Of a stretch of DNA of 64,000 nucleotides, positions 10,466 through 20,590 are shown piece by piece (position 1 is the first letter of the stretch; each line of letters opens with the position of its first letter). The notes below the pieces were generated by a model. That model searched no databases and was not told the DNA's origin. It saw only the letters and a list, made by a program, of their open reading frames with translations. The position numbers and the translations under genes are program-made. Source of the DNA: Chloroflexota bacterium (GTDB lineage Bacteria; Chloroflexota; Anaerolineae; B4-G1; SLSP01); the NCBI GenBank assembly GCA_029555965.1, contig JAKQHY010000129.1:1375-65374 (forward strand), written 5' to 3'.

Positions 10466-13284
10466 CAGGTCACCTCCGCCTCGGTCTCTCCAGCTTCCGA
10501 CGCGCCGCCCAAGCGCACCTCGACACTGGCAAAATTCATCGTGTCAAAGATTTCCCGCACAGTGGTGCGCAGGACGGTATCAATATCCAGGGACTCCCGC
10601 ATCCGGGCGGCCAGGTTTGCCACTAGCCGGTCGCGCATGGCCCGCTGCTGTGTTTCCAAATACAATTGCGCGCGCTCCAGTGTTTGCCCTAACTGATCGG
10701 TGAGTGTCCCCAACAGAGTCATCTCTTCATCGGTCCAGGCTACCTCTGCCCCGGTGCGTTCAAAACGCAACACGCCCACTACCTGCCCACTCGTACGCAA
10801 GGGCATGGTCAGGGATGCCGAGGCATCAGACAGTGTCGCCAGGGGGATGTTTGTCTGATAAACCTGCCGCATTTGTGCGTCCCAACCTCCCTGAGCGGCT
10901 ATGAGGGACGGCGCTTCGCCGCCCGCATCCCGCACATAGGCATAGTTCCATAGCTTGTTCGTCCGCATCAACGTCATCCACATTTCCCGTGTGTGCTGAC
11001 CATAAGCGCGCCGCTCGGCCTCCAGGGCTTCCTGAGCCTCGGCGAACAGGCGGGCATTGTCTATGGAGGCCGCGACCAAGTCGGTCATTGTTTGCAACAC
11101 GCTGATGGTGTCTTCGTCAAAAGCATTCGAGACAGTGCTCTGCACACTCAACGCGCCCAAGACCTGACCACGCGAACGTAGCGGCAACGCCGCCTCAGAA
11201 CGGGTGTTGGGCAACTCAGGATTGGTCAAGCGCACCGCATCCGCTTCCGCTTTAGAGGCGATGCGCGCCTGGTTGTGCGCAATACTCCAACCGACCATCC
11301 CCTCGCCAATCCGAATACGGTGCCCGCGTGCTAACATCGCCTGGCCGGCCTCGCCGGTACCGGCGCGCAACACGGCAGAATCTCCACTGATCAAAAATAG
11401 ACCCACGTAATACAGATCAAAACGTTCCAGAATCAAACCGACCACATCCCGGATGAGTTGCTCAATATTCAAGATTGAGGAAACCGCACGACCCACTTCA
11501 GAGGAAGCTTCCAGGTAACGCGAGCGCCGCTGCAAATCGTGCGTGCGCTCGGCCACCCGCTGTTCCAGTCCGCGGAAGGCTCCACGCAGTTGTTCGGTCA
11601 TGCTATTGAAAGCCAGTCCCAAGCGCCCAATTTCATCCTGGCGCGCCACACGCACCACCCGCGTCAAATTGCCCGCGGCCACCTCCGAGGCGGTGTTGGT
11701 CAATTCCAATAGGGGCTGCACAATGCTGCGGGTAATAAGCAGGGTCAACCCCACACTCAAGAGCAAAGCAAAGAAAGCAATCCCACCGTTCAACAGGATG
11801 GTGATATACAATTCACGAAAAGCCTCGCTTTGCGCTTGCTGCACGCTTAACACCGCCGCGATGCGTGGCAACCAATGATAAACTTCTACGAGAGGCACCC
11901 CCATCTCATTCACATAGAACCCTGAACCGCTTCTTTCCCAGTCAATGGCCTCCGCTATCCCTGGCGTCCGGGCCACCAGGCCAAACGTGCCTCCGCGTGA
12001 GTCACTGAGAATTAAATAATCAGACCCAACCAGGTAAATTACGCCCGTTTCACCAAGGCCGGCGCGATCAGTCATAATCTCATTCAAAACATCAAACCCG
12101 ACTCTGCCCGCCAAGACGCCAACAGAGGGAACCGGCGCCCCAGAAGGAGTGTGCAAAACGTCGGTAGAAAAAATAGGCATAGAAACCCAAATAAAGGGCT
12201 GCGACCCTAACGCCCAATTGACGCTAAATCCCTGACGACCATCCGTAAAGAAACGTTCGCTCGCATAATTGCGCCTTCGTTGTTGTGTGTTGTCGGAGGC
12301 CACCACTTCCCCCTGCACATTCAAAATTAACAATTCCTGGAACACCGAGGATTGCCGACGTGCGGTTGCCAGGTACGTTTCCAGGCTACTTGTCAACACA
12401 ACGGGAATGGTAACCGGTTCAGTCGCGGCCACATCAACGTAACGCGGCAAAATATACTGCGAAAACTCGTTGACATTATTATTAGTCAGGACAAGGTTTA
12501 GCTCAGTCTCCAGCCTGTCTACCCAAACATCAATTTGCGATTCCCGCAGGTTGGCCGTCAATTCCAGCCGGTCCAACACATGCCGCTGAACACTGCGCCA
12601 TCCCAACCACACAGAGACCGCGCTAACGGACAACACAGTCAACAGCACACTCACGAGAGACACCAGCAACAACCGGGCCCGGATTGAGAGGCCGCCAACC
12701 CAATGCCCGCCCGCCCAGAGCAGGGCGACCAGATAGACGACTCCGCCGCCGAACAGCGCGGCGCTGAGTACCGGCGGCTGGGTAGACATAGCAAGGCGAG
12801 GAAGAGGCGCCCATACTTCCAGCAGGCCGATGATGCCCGCCGCTCCCAGGCCGCTACCCAGCCAGACTTCCCAACGCCCGGAGCGGCAGAGCGCGCCGCC
12901 GAGCAACAACAGAGCCACAGTAAACCAGGTATAACCGGTAGTCCCCTGGAAAAAAGCCGTGGCCCCGCCATACACCAACACGTAGGCTGCCAGCAATCCA
13001 TAAGCGACACGCACAGGCGCCGCGAAAGTAAAGCGCCGCACCCACCCCAAGAGGAGCAGCGCCGCCAATGCAAGCGGCAACAGCGCCAGGTTTTGCCAGA
13101 GCCGTTGTTGAAAATAATGGCCAAGGCTACCGCCGGCTACCAGCAAGGCGACACCCATATTGCCCCACACCAACCACGTCCAGAGCCGCTGTTGGACGTG
13201 CGCCGTCAGAAACACCGGCCCTCCATGCGGGACAGCGGGTTGGGGGTCTCCAACTGCTATGGACTTTGGTTCTAATTCCCTCAT
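10462..13284 (-). CDS. Sensor with multi-TM membrane domain plus dCache_1, HAMP, GAF, split-GAF module (member 5)
   Basis: About 6 N-terminal TM segments, then TM-dCache-TM-HAMP (DEIGRLGLAFNSM), GAF and tail. ATG 13284 has a GAGG SD; alternative TTG at 13290. Confidence 0.88.
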   Translation of the reverse strand: MRELEPKSIAVGDPQPAVPHGGPVFLTAHVQQRLWTWLVWGNMGVALLVAGGSLGHYFQQRLWQNLALLPLALAALLLLGWVRRFTFAAPVRVAYGLLAAYVLVYGGATAFFQGTTGYTWFTVALLLLGGALCRSGRWEVWLGSGLGAAGIIGLLEVWAPLPRLAMSTQPPVLSAALFGGGVVYLVALLWAGGHWVGGLSIRARLLLVSLVSVLLTVLSVSAVSVWLGWRSVQRHVLDRLELTANLRESQIDVWVDRLETELNLVLTNNNVNEFSQYILPRYVDVAATEPVTIPVVLTSSLETYLATARRQSSVFQELLILNVQGEVVASDNTQQRRRNYASERFFTDGRQGFSVNWALGSQPFIWVSMPIFSTDVLHTPSGAPVPSVGVLAGRVGFDVLNEIMTDRAGLGETGVIYLVGSDYLILSDSRGGTFGLVARTPGIAEAIDWERSGSGFYVNEMGVPLVEVYHWLPRIAAVLSVQQAQSEAFRELYITILLNGGIAFFALLLSVGLTLLITRSIVQPLLELTNTASEVAAGNLTRVVRVARQDEIGRLGLAFNSMTEQLRGAFRGLEQRVAERTHDLQRRSRYLEASSEVGRAVSSILNIEQLIRDVVGLILERFDLYYVGLFLISGDSAVLRAGTGEAGQAMLARGHRIRIGEGMVGWSIAHNQARIASKAEADAVRLTNPELPNTRSEAALPLRSRGQVLGALSVQSTVSNAFDEDTISVLQTMTDLVAASIDNARLFAEAQEALEAERRAYGQHTREMWMTLMRTNKLWNYAYVRDAGGEAPSLIAAQGGWDAQMRQVYQTNIPLATLSDASASLTMPLRTSGQVVGVLRFERTGAEVAWTDEEMTLLGTLTDQLGQTLERAQLYLETQQRAMRDRLVANLAARMRESLDIDTVLRTTVREIFDTMNFASVEVRLGGASEAGETEAEVTW

Positions 13285-13293
13285 ACGCAACCT

Positions 13294-13944
13294 CTACTGC
13301 TCCGAGGTTCCCTCCGACAAGACCTCACCCAAACGCACCTCCACCCGCGAGAAATTGAGGGCATCACCAATTTCACGAATGGTCGTTTGCAATACCGTAT
13401 CAATATCCATCGAAGCGCGCATCCGAGCGCTGACTTCACTAATGATCTGATCGCGCGCGGCGCTACGCCGGGTGTCCTCAAACAGACGGGCGCGATCTAA
13501 CGCGGCGGCCACCTGTTCGGCCAACGCATCCAGCAAAGCACGCTCCTCGGCCAACAACGGGTGTGCCGGATCGTTACGCACGCCCAACATCCCCACCACC
13601 TGCCCCTGCTGCACTTTCATCGGCACAAGGTAAGTCGCAGCATCAGGCTGGGGATGTGCGTGTAACACCTGCACGCGCTGTTCCTCGAAGATATACCCCA
13701 TCTTTCCCTGCCGGCGCGCACGCAACATGGCCCAACCTTCCCGCGCTTGTTCTTGCTGAAGTAACTCCATCACCCGCAAGCGGTCTTCCATCTCCTCGGC
13801 CACTTCATCGGAGTGCTCGGTGGTCATTTCGGCCATTAATTCCAGATCGGCCTTTTCGCGCTCCAGGCGGGCCACCTGCTCGCGCAACATAGCCAATTCG
13901 GCCTGCAAGGACATTTCCCCGACGGGAGGTTTTACATCAGCCAT
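13294..13944 (-). CDS. Small cytoplasmic protein: coiled coil with EKADLELMAEMTTEHSD motif fused to the split-GAF module only (member 6)
   Basis: 216 aa with no TM and no conserved first GAF. Retains W..L..R..GY, VPMKV-QVVGML and the tail RSAARDQIISEVSARMRASMDIDTVL. Confidence 0.85.
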   Translation of the reverse strand: MADVKPPVGEMSLQAELAMLREQVARLEREKADLELMAEMTTEHSDEVAEEMEDRLRVMELLQQEQAREGWAMLRARRQGKMGYIFEEQRVQVLHAHPQPDAATYLVPMKVQQGQVVGMLGVRNDPAHPLLAEERALLDALAEQVAAALDRARLFEDTRRSAARDQIISEVSARMRASMDIDTVLQTTIREIGDALNFSRVEVRLGEVLSEGTSEQ

Positions 13945-13954
13945 TGTTTATGCC

Positions 13955-14305
13955 TTAAATAAATTTCAGCCGCAGCTGCGGCATCAAACGTTGTAGGTTC
14001 TTCAAGGATTTGCCCTGCCAGGGGACCAGGGACGAACCCAGTACCACCAGTTCGCTTTTCCCTAGCTCGCGCACATCAATCACAAACTTGAAGAGGACAT
14101 TAATTCCAGAACTGTTCAGGAAACGTAAATTCTGGACATCCAATGTAATGGTAGCGGGCGCTAAATCCTTGACCTGATCCAATAAGGCCACAATGGGAGC
14201 ATACTCTTCCGTCCCCCGCAAGCGCATCAGCCCATCACATGTAATTGTGGCGCTGGCTTCGTCATACACCACACTATAATCTTGATCCTTGATCTCCATA
14301 ACCAT
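13955..14305 (-). CDS. STAS-like anti-sigma-factor antagonist (slr1659-like regulator)
   Basis: LDVQNLRFLNSSGINVLFKF matches the SpoIIAA/RsbV phospho-Ser motif (D/N-S-S/T-G). C-terminal WQGKSLKNLQRLMP is typical of cyanobacterial slr1659-like proteins (recalled, not searched). Confidence 0.8.
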   Translation of the reverse strand: MVMEIKDQDYSVVYDEASATITCDGLMRLRGTEEYAPIVALLDQVKDLAPATITLDVQNLRFLNSSGINVLFKFVIDVRELGKSELVVLGSSLVPWQGKSLKNLQRLMPQLRLKFI

Positions 14306-14326
14306 TGTTCCTCCAAGCTCCCTTTC

Positions 14327-14899
14327 TTAGAATTGCAGCCGCACCATGGTGGTGACAACAGTAGCTTCGCCCGATTTGCACTCAAAAGTTTTAAATCGCC
14401 AGGACAGTGTCGCGCCATAGTCGCCAATCATTGTCAATAACCCTAATTGCGAACCGCCGCCATCCCCCAGAGCATTCTTCTCAATCTGTTCCAGATACAA
14501 TTCCGCCGGGTCTTCCTCTAACAACCGCTGCACCCGCTGTTGAAACTCGTCTACTTGCTGAGGATCCATCGCGTTGCTGGTGTAGAACCGGAATTCATCC
14601 GAGAAGAGATATAACCCCAGGCTAACCGGATAATCAGCCGGTTCATAACTGAACTTCATGACGTTTTCTAACAATTCATTGGCGATGTAGTTAACGGCAC
14701 CTTTGAATTCCAGGCGCTGTTCCTCCGTCGGCCCCCCCCCTGTCGGCAAAAAAGTGGCCCAATATTCCGACAGGAAATCCGCCGAAAGGCCATTGTTCCG
14801 CCACCGTTGTTGCAACGGCATGGAGGTCGGTGAAAAGTGAATCACCAAGTACTCATATTCATCACAAGGTTCTAGAAATTCTCCAAAAGTTTTCTCCAT
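14327..14899 (-). CDS. slr1658-like regulator; atypical RsbW/SpoIIAB-type GHKL ATP-binding protein
   Basis: QRWRNNGLSADFL motif; N-box-like YIANELLENVMKF; Gly-rich GGGSQLGLLTM. Start is ATG 14899 (GGAG SD) or ATG 14944 overlapping the upstream stop. Confidence 0.75.
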   Translation of the reverse strand: MEKTFGEFLEPCDEYEYLVIHFSPTSMPLQQRWRNNGLSADFLSEYWATFLPTGGGPTEEQRLEFKGAVNYIANELLENVMKFSYEPADYPVSLGLYLFSDEFRFYTSNAMDPQQVDEFQQRVQRLLEEDPAELYLEQIEKNALGDGGGSQLGLLTMIGDYGATLSWRFKTFECKSGEATVVTTMVRLQF

Positions 14900-14940
14900 C
14901 TTCTCATCTCCCAATTGCCAGAATTGACTCAACTCAAACT

Positions 14941-16761
14941 TCATTTTTGCCTCATCACCAGCAAAGTCAAATCATCATAGACTACATGCTGCCCGATGAA
15001 AGCTTGTACGTCCGCGACAACGGCATCTTTGATCGCTTCTGCCGGCTGTGCCCAATTCTGGCTGAGGGTCCGGCACAACCGGTCCAGCCCATAGAATTCC
15101 CCGGCCAGATTTTCGGCTTCTACTACCCCATCTGAATACAACACAATACCATCGCCGGCCGCCAATTCCACTTGCGTCTCGGTCACAAAGTCGGCGATAT
15201 TGTCAACCACGCCGACCGGAAATCCTAAGTCAAGGGTATCCATCAACTCCACAGAACCATTCTTGCGCACGACAATGAGCTGCTCATGCTGCCCACTCAG
15301 ACAAACACGCCCTTTGCGGTAATCCAGTAGCGCCAGGGACAGACTGCGTTCCACATTCATCCGACGGATGTTATCATGCAGCGTGCGGTTCAACACAGCC
15401 ATGAAACGTTTGATATCGGTCTCGCCGCCGACCAACAAAGTGCGCACGGCGGTTTGCAACATCAGCATCACCACGCCGCTTTCCAATCCATGACCGGTCA
15501 CATCGCCTATCCCAATTTTGAGCTGCCCGTCATATTGCAATACATCGTAATAATCGCCGCCCACCTCTTCCGCAGGAGCCATGTAACCAGCGATATCCAA
15601 TTCCTCGATGCGCTTTAATTCTTCCGGTTTCGGCAGTAACATTTGTTGCAACCGGCGAGACACATCCAACTCGGCCACCATGCGCACATTCTCGGCCTTG
15701 AGTTGTTCATTGAGGTAAGCAACATTCAGGGCGTTCGCAATATTGCCGGCCAAGCCTTCCAGCAAATCCAGTTCCAGGTCAGAAAAAGGGGTGATGTCGG
15801 TCCGGTGAATATCCATTGCGCCAAAGACCTTGGCGCCCACCATCAACGGAATCGCCAATTCGACGCGCGTGAAGGCCAAGCGCGAGTAGGTGAACTCAAT
15901 CGGGCGGCCACGCTCGTCCGGCTTTTTCTCCCAGGAGGTTGCGATGCACTTCTGTTTTTGCCGGATGGCTACTGCGACCACTTTGGGGGTCAACAGTCCC
16001 ACTGAGGCTTGCGCGGACTTCACCGTGGCCGCGCCATCTCCCACCGCGTCCACCAATTCCACCGACTCAGTAGCCCAGTTCACCGTGAATAAACCTACAT
16101 GCGAATATCCGAATGTTTCGTGGATCCGTTGAACAGCTTCCTGGATGATAGTTTCCGACGTCTCCGCCGCCGTTGCCATCCGGCCAATCTTGATCCCGGT
16201 ATGGCCGCGCTCAATCTGCTGATGCAGTTGCTGTTCCAAATTGCGAAAAGTGCGCACCAACAGCCAACACAACACAATCAGAACTTGAAGGAAGAGCGCC
16301 GTCCAAACGGCCTGCGCCGCGCCAGTCGGAGTCAGCCCTATCCGCACCAAGAAAGCGATAGCCGTGACTTCCCCCCACACCCAGCCGGCCAGAGGATCGC
16401 ATAGGGTAGCCGCCGCCAAAATGGGCAACACATAAAACAAATAAACCGGCCCAGCAAAAAACACTTCGGACGGCAGGGGCACAGCGATGAATAGCAAAAA
16501 CGCCACAATCAACAAGTTGGCAGCCAACGTCAATCGCTCGCGCTGGAACAGATAATGGAGACCGATGCTCGCCCCCACCCATAGGCTCCCCAATACGATC
16601 AACGGCACTATGTCTGAGATGGCGCCGATCACAATAGAGAACAGCCCCAAAGGGAGTGGCACTTTCAACCACACGAACAAGGCCGCCGTCGCCTGGTCCC
16701 TGTCAGTTTCCCAGAGTTGCATGATCTGCCACAGTTTATGGCGTAACACGGATATGCTCAC
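14941..16761 (-). CDS. Membrane-anchored GAF + SpoIIE/RsbU PP2C Ser/Thr phosphatase
   Basis: All PPM metal-binding motifs are intact: GGDYYD, GDVTGHG, LYSDG, DDLT. About 6 TMs and one GAF N-terminal. GTG start with GGAGGTG SD. Confidence 0.93.
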   Translation of the reverse strand: MSISVLRHKLWQIMQLWETDRDQATAALFVWLKVPLPLGLFSIVIGAISDIVPLIVLGSLWVGASIGLHYLFQRERLTLAANLLIVAFLLFIAVPLPSEVFFAGPVYLFYVLPILAAATLCDPLAGWVWGEVTAIAFLVRIGLTPTGAAQAVWTALFLQVLIVLCWLLVRTFRNLEQQLHQQIERGHTGIKIGRMATAAETSETIIQEAVQRIHETFGYSHVGLFTVNWATESVELVDAVGDGAATVKSAQASVGLLTPKVVAVAIRQKQKCIATSWEKKPDERGRPIEFTYSRLAFTRVELAIPLMVGAKVFGAMDIHRTDITPFSDLELDLLEGLAGNIANALNVAYLNEQLKAENVRMVAELDVSRRLQQMLLPKPEELKRIEELDIAGYMAPAEEVGGDYYDVLQYDGQLKIGIGDVTGHGLESGVVMLMLQTAVRTLLVGGETDIKRFMAVLNRTLHDNIRRMNVERSLSLALLDYRKGRVCLSGQHEQLIVVRKNGSVELMDTLDLGFPVGVVDNIADFVTETQVELAAGDGIVLYSDGVVEAENLAGEFYGLDRLCRTLSQNWAQPAEAIKDAVVADVQAFIGQHVVYDDLTLLVMRQK

Positions 16762-19058
16762 ATCTCACCTCCATCCACAGTCGCATCTGGCGACGGCGTT
16801 GCTTGCTCATCCACCAAGTAGACAAACACTTCACGGCCCAGGGTACGGCCAATCTCCAACACTGCCGTGCGCAGCACCGATTCGACATCCACCGCGCTGC
16901 GAATGTGCTCCGTAATCTCGCGCAACAGTTGCTCCCGCGCCGCCGAGCGCTGCGAGTCCCGATAGAAACGGGCGCTCTCCAACGCAACCTCCAACCGACC
17001 CCGCACTGTTTCTAGCAGCGCCAGTTCTTCCGACGTCCAGAGTGTTCCATCCGGCTTCCGCGCATCCACCACCCCGATGATTTGATCACGAACGCGCAGC
17101 GGCAGCGCCACGGCTTCTGGGGTGACCTCTGCCAGGGTGGTTTCGCCGCGCGTCAACGCTACGGTCATTTCTGGCGACCAGAAGTCCTCAGCCTGACTCA
17201 AAATCCGGCTATGATAACGGTATCCCCCCCCCGCCAGCGCGCGCGACAGCTCAGCCCACGCCCGCCGACTATATTCCCCTTGCGCCCGCAGCACAGCGTC
17301 GTAACGCTCCTGGGATTCTTTGTACAGTTGATTGTTGTGCCACATTAAGGCTAACTGATCGGCGAGAATTTGCAAGATGGGCACATTGTCTTCCGTGAAA
17401 GCATCGGTGAGCACCGCATGAATATCTAACACCCCAATCACGCGCCCCTGAAACCTCATCGGTAAGGCTACCTCCGCATGCGTATCCGGTAAATCCACCC
17501 GCGCTGGCAGCCAGGTATCTTCGTCGCCAGGGACCGCTATGTGCGGCGCAGCCGTGAGCACGGCCTGCCCCACAACACCGGCCCGAGCCACCCGCAGTCG
17601 GTAGCCGTGACTGAGCAAACGTTGCCCGCCCAGACTGGAAGCCGCGCGCAAAACAATCCATTCGCGGGTCTCATCCAACAAGAAGATGCCGGTATGATAA
17701 AAGCCCAACTGCGCGCTAAGGAGATTGACGCCATCGGACAAAAGTTTCTGCGGGTCAAGGATAGTCATAATAATACTGGAAATATTCGCCGCTTTCTGCA
17801 TCATCCCTAAGCGCCCGGCCAGATGTTGAATCTGTCCATCCAACGCCTCATGCGCCCGCTGCCACGCCCCACGGGTTTGCTCCAAGGTCTGAATCAGCCG
17901 CCCCAACTCATCGGAACGCGAGCGGGTATGCTTGTCAACCTCAATCGGCCTCGCGAATTCGCCATGCTCCCACAGCGTCACTTGCGGCGTCAACATGCGG
18001 AGCGGCCGCACAAGGCGCTCCCCACTCCAATAGCCTAGGGCCACCACCCCACAGCTTCCCAACAATAGCCAGCCCAACATCCCCCATTCGAACCGCAACA
18101 TCGGGGACATCACGGCGCGGTAGGGTCGGATGGAAAAAACCAGCCACTGATAGGTGGTTGCCGCCGGGGGAGTGAACCGCTGAAAAGCCAGGAAATCTGC
18201 CCCAGCCCGCAGAACGTCAGTTTGCGTGGTGGCTTCTGGTTGGAAAATGGAATCCAGCATCAGTGGATAATCCTGAAGCAGCGTTAAACCGGTGCGCAAA
18301 TCGCGTCCCCAACACTTCGTCGCATCCGTCGAATGGTAAAGATAATAACCGTCCGCATCCGTCAACACCAACGTTTCCCCGGCCTCGGCTTGCGCCCCCA
18401 ACGTCGCCAGAAAGTGATCGGCATAGACACTGACAACCACGATCCCAGATACACGGCCATTGAACCAGACCGGGGTGGCATAGCGGATCACCGGCTTGAA
18501 TGGTTGCGCAATCTCACCACGAACCCGGTGCAATTCCAGAGGGGAGACCCACACAGCCGCCTCCGGCAATCCGATGGTCTGCACAAAATCATCCTGGGCG
18601 GCCCAATTTTGAAATTGTTCAGGCGGCGCGATAGAAACCTGCGTCCCATCCGAATCTACCCGCGCCACCTCCAAACCCTGAACATCCACAAAACTTATCT
18701 GATGATAAATGCCTTTGGCCTGAGAGAAGGCCAGCAAGTCTCGCGCCAGTACTTGTCGCGCAACTTCATGGGCGGCTTCATCCGCCGTCGCACTCAAGGT
18801 CAGCAGGTCTTGAATGGCGCGCAATTGACCGAGGAACAACACATCTCCACGCACGCCGGAAAGAAATTCGTGGGTGCTCAACATCAGTGACGCAGCACGG
18901 GCCTGCTGGAGACGTTCCGTGTTCGCCAGCATCATGTTGCGCGTCATATAGACACTGTAGGCGCTGCCGCCCACCAAGGCCGGCACCGAGACCAGCAACA
19001 GCACCAGCAAGAGCCGATTACGAAGACTTTGCGCAAAGAAATGATACATCCGGTTCAC
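16758..19058 (-). CDS. Sensor with dCache_1, HAMP, GAF, split-GAF module (member 7)
   Basis: WVSPLELHRVRGEIAQPFKPVIRYATPV dCache signature; HAMP SDELGRL; GAF FYHTGIFLLD; tail. Confidence 0.88.
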   Translation of the reverse strand: MNRMYHFFAQSLRNRLLLVLLLVSVPALVGGSAYSVYMTRNMMLANTERLQQARAASLMLSTHEFLSGVRGDVLFLGQLRAIQDLLTLSATADEAAHEVARQVLARDLLAFSQAKGIYHQISFVDVQGLEVARVDSDGTQVSIAPPEQFQNWAAQDDFVQTIGLPEAAVWVSPLELHRVRGEIAQPFKPVIRYATPVWFNGRVSGIVVVSVYADHFLATLGAQAEAGETLVLTDADGYYLYHSTDATKCWGRDLRTGLTLLQDYPLMLDSIFQPEATTQTDVLRAGADFLAFQRFTPPAATTYQWLVFSIRPYRAVMSPMLRFEWGMLGWLLLGSCGVVALGYWSGERLVRPLRMLTPQVTLWEHGEFARPIEVDKHTRSRSDELGRLIQTLEQTRGAWQRAHEALDGQIQHLAGRLGMMQKAANISSIIMTILDPQKLLSDGVNLLSAQLGFYHTGIFLLDETREWIVLRAASSLGGQRLLSHGYRLRVARAGVVGQAVLTAAPHIAVPGDEDTWLPARVDLPDTHAEVALPMRFQGRVIGVLDIHAVLTDAFTEDNVPILQILADQLALMWHNNQLYKESQERYDAVLRAQGEYSRRAWAELSRALAGGGYRYHSRILSQAEDFWSPEMTVALTRGETTLAEVTPEAVALPLRVRDQIIGVVDARKPDGTLWTSEELALLETVRGRLEVALESARFYRDSQRSAAREQLLREITEHIRSAVDVESVLRTAVLEIGRTLGREVFVYLVDEQATPSPDATVDGGEM

Positions 19059-20572
19059 GCTTCACTCTCACTATTCGCCAATGGTTGCGCCTGGCCTAAT
19101 AATTCATCGGCTGCGCCGAGCCGAATGACCACATCCTCCAGGCCGAACGCCTCTGCCAATTCCCGCACAGCCGCCTGCAACACCGACTCGATCTCCAACG
19201 ATTCGCGGATGCGCGCCGAGACGGTCCCGACCAGGCGCTCTTGCAAAGCCAAACGTCGGCTCTCCTCGTACAGGCGCGCGCTTTCTAAGGCCTGGCTCAA
19301 CCGATTGGTCAAGGTTTCCACCAACGCGATCTGCTGCGCATCCCACCCCCCCGTTCTTTCAGCACGGCGGAAGCGTACCACCCCCAAGACCTGCTCATCC
19401 CGCGACTTCACCGGAACCAACAACGTGGCGGCATCCTCTTGAACAATCTGTCCTTCCTGTTTGGCTTGCAACATCCCCGGCGACCACGCAGCGGAGGCCG
19501 GCCCCAGTCCCGTCGCCATACTCACGTACCCATGACCTTGTGATTGCAGCAACTCCTCCCAGTCCTGGCGTGTCACTTCCCCATAAACGCGCTGCAACGC
19601 ATCATCGGCTGGCTGCATCTCCGTAAGCCAAAAAGCGCCCCCCAAACCCACCGCCATCAGGTCGGCCACACCTCGCAGAATTTCGATGTCTGCCTGTGTG
19701 AATATCACCCCTTGCCCGCCTTGAACATCCAGCACTCCTACCAACTGCCCCCCGACGCTCAAAGGTAACGCGATTTCCGTGCGCGTGTCTGGCAAATCAA
19801 CTGGGGATAGATAGGAGGTATCCCTCGCCACAGCCAAGTTGATGTATGGTTCACGGGTCGCCGCCACCCTTCCCACAATGCTATCGTAGCCTACCGGTTC
19901 CCGTTGAGGGCGCGCCAACATCGGCAAGTCACTTGCGTTGCTCGCGGCGCGCAGCGCCATAGTCTCCCCGCCCTCCTCCAAGAGGAAAACACCTACATGG
20001 TAGCAGTTGAAACGATCACTGATCAGGTTTGTTATCGCCATCAACCGCGCATCCAAATCCTGGATCGAAGCTATCGCACGCCCTACCTCCAACACGGTTT
20101 GCAGCCACAGCGTTTCACGCGCCTTGCCCTGCGCGCACTCGGCAACCTGGCGCTCCAGAGTCGCGGTCGTCTCGGTCAGATGAGACACCAGGGCGTTGAT
20201 CCCTTCTTGTAAGCGGCCAATCTCGTCCTTGGCGCACGGCCGGGCAAGCCGCGCGACGGAATCCCCCCCCGGCGACTGCCGGACCACCTCATCCAGCGCG
20301 CGCAAACGCGCCAGCACCAACGCATTGAACAGGTAGAGCAGTACCAGGGATGTCAATAGGATGACCAACAACCCTGCCGCCCCGCCATACATCACAAGGC
20401 TGCGCCCTTCGGGCTGCGCCAACCATGCCGCCAGGCGCTGCCCTTGCAACAGTCCCGGCTGCCGCCCAAGCCAGGCGCCATACGCCACACCGATCCCGCT
20501 CAGAATGACACATTCGGTTAGGACAATGGCAATCCCTATCTTCACAATCAGGCTGTTTTGGCGTTTTTTCAT
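19055..20572 (-). CDS. TM-short loop-TM-HAMP-GAF-split-GAF module protein (member 8)
   Basis: Two TMs separated by about 30 aa; HAMP DEIGRLQEGINAL; GAF; tail. Confidence 0.87.
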   Translation of the reverse strand: MKKRQNSLIVKIGIAIVLTECVILSGIGVAYGAWLGRQPGLLQGQRLAAWLAQPEGRSLVMYGGAAGLLVILLTSLVLLYLFNALVLARLRALDEVVRQSPGGDSVARLARPCAKDEIGRLQEGINALVSHLTETTATLERQVAECAQGKARETLWLQTVLEVGRAIASIQDLDARLMAITNLISDRFNCYHVGVFLLEEGGETMALRAASNASDLPMLARPQREPVGYDSIVGRVAATREPYINLAVARDTSYLSPVDLPDTRTEIALPLSVGGQLVGVLDVQGGQGVIFTQADIEILRGVADLMAVGLGGAFWLTEMQPADDALQRVYGEVTRQDWEELLQSQGHGYVSMATGLGPASAAWSPGMLQAKQEGQIVQEDAATLLVPVKSRDEQVLGVVRFRRAERTGGWDAQQIALVETLTNRLSQALESARLYEESRRLALQERLVGTVSARIRESLEIESVLQAAVRELAEAFGLEDVVIRLGAADELLGQAQPLANSESEA

Positions 20573-20590
20573 AGGCTCATCCCATACGAA

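Noticed and set aside
13294-16761. Classical RsbR/RsbS/RsbT stressosome
   Set aside because: Only one small STAS protein of a different (slr1659-like) type is present, and the receptors carry no STAS domain.
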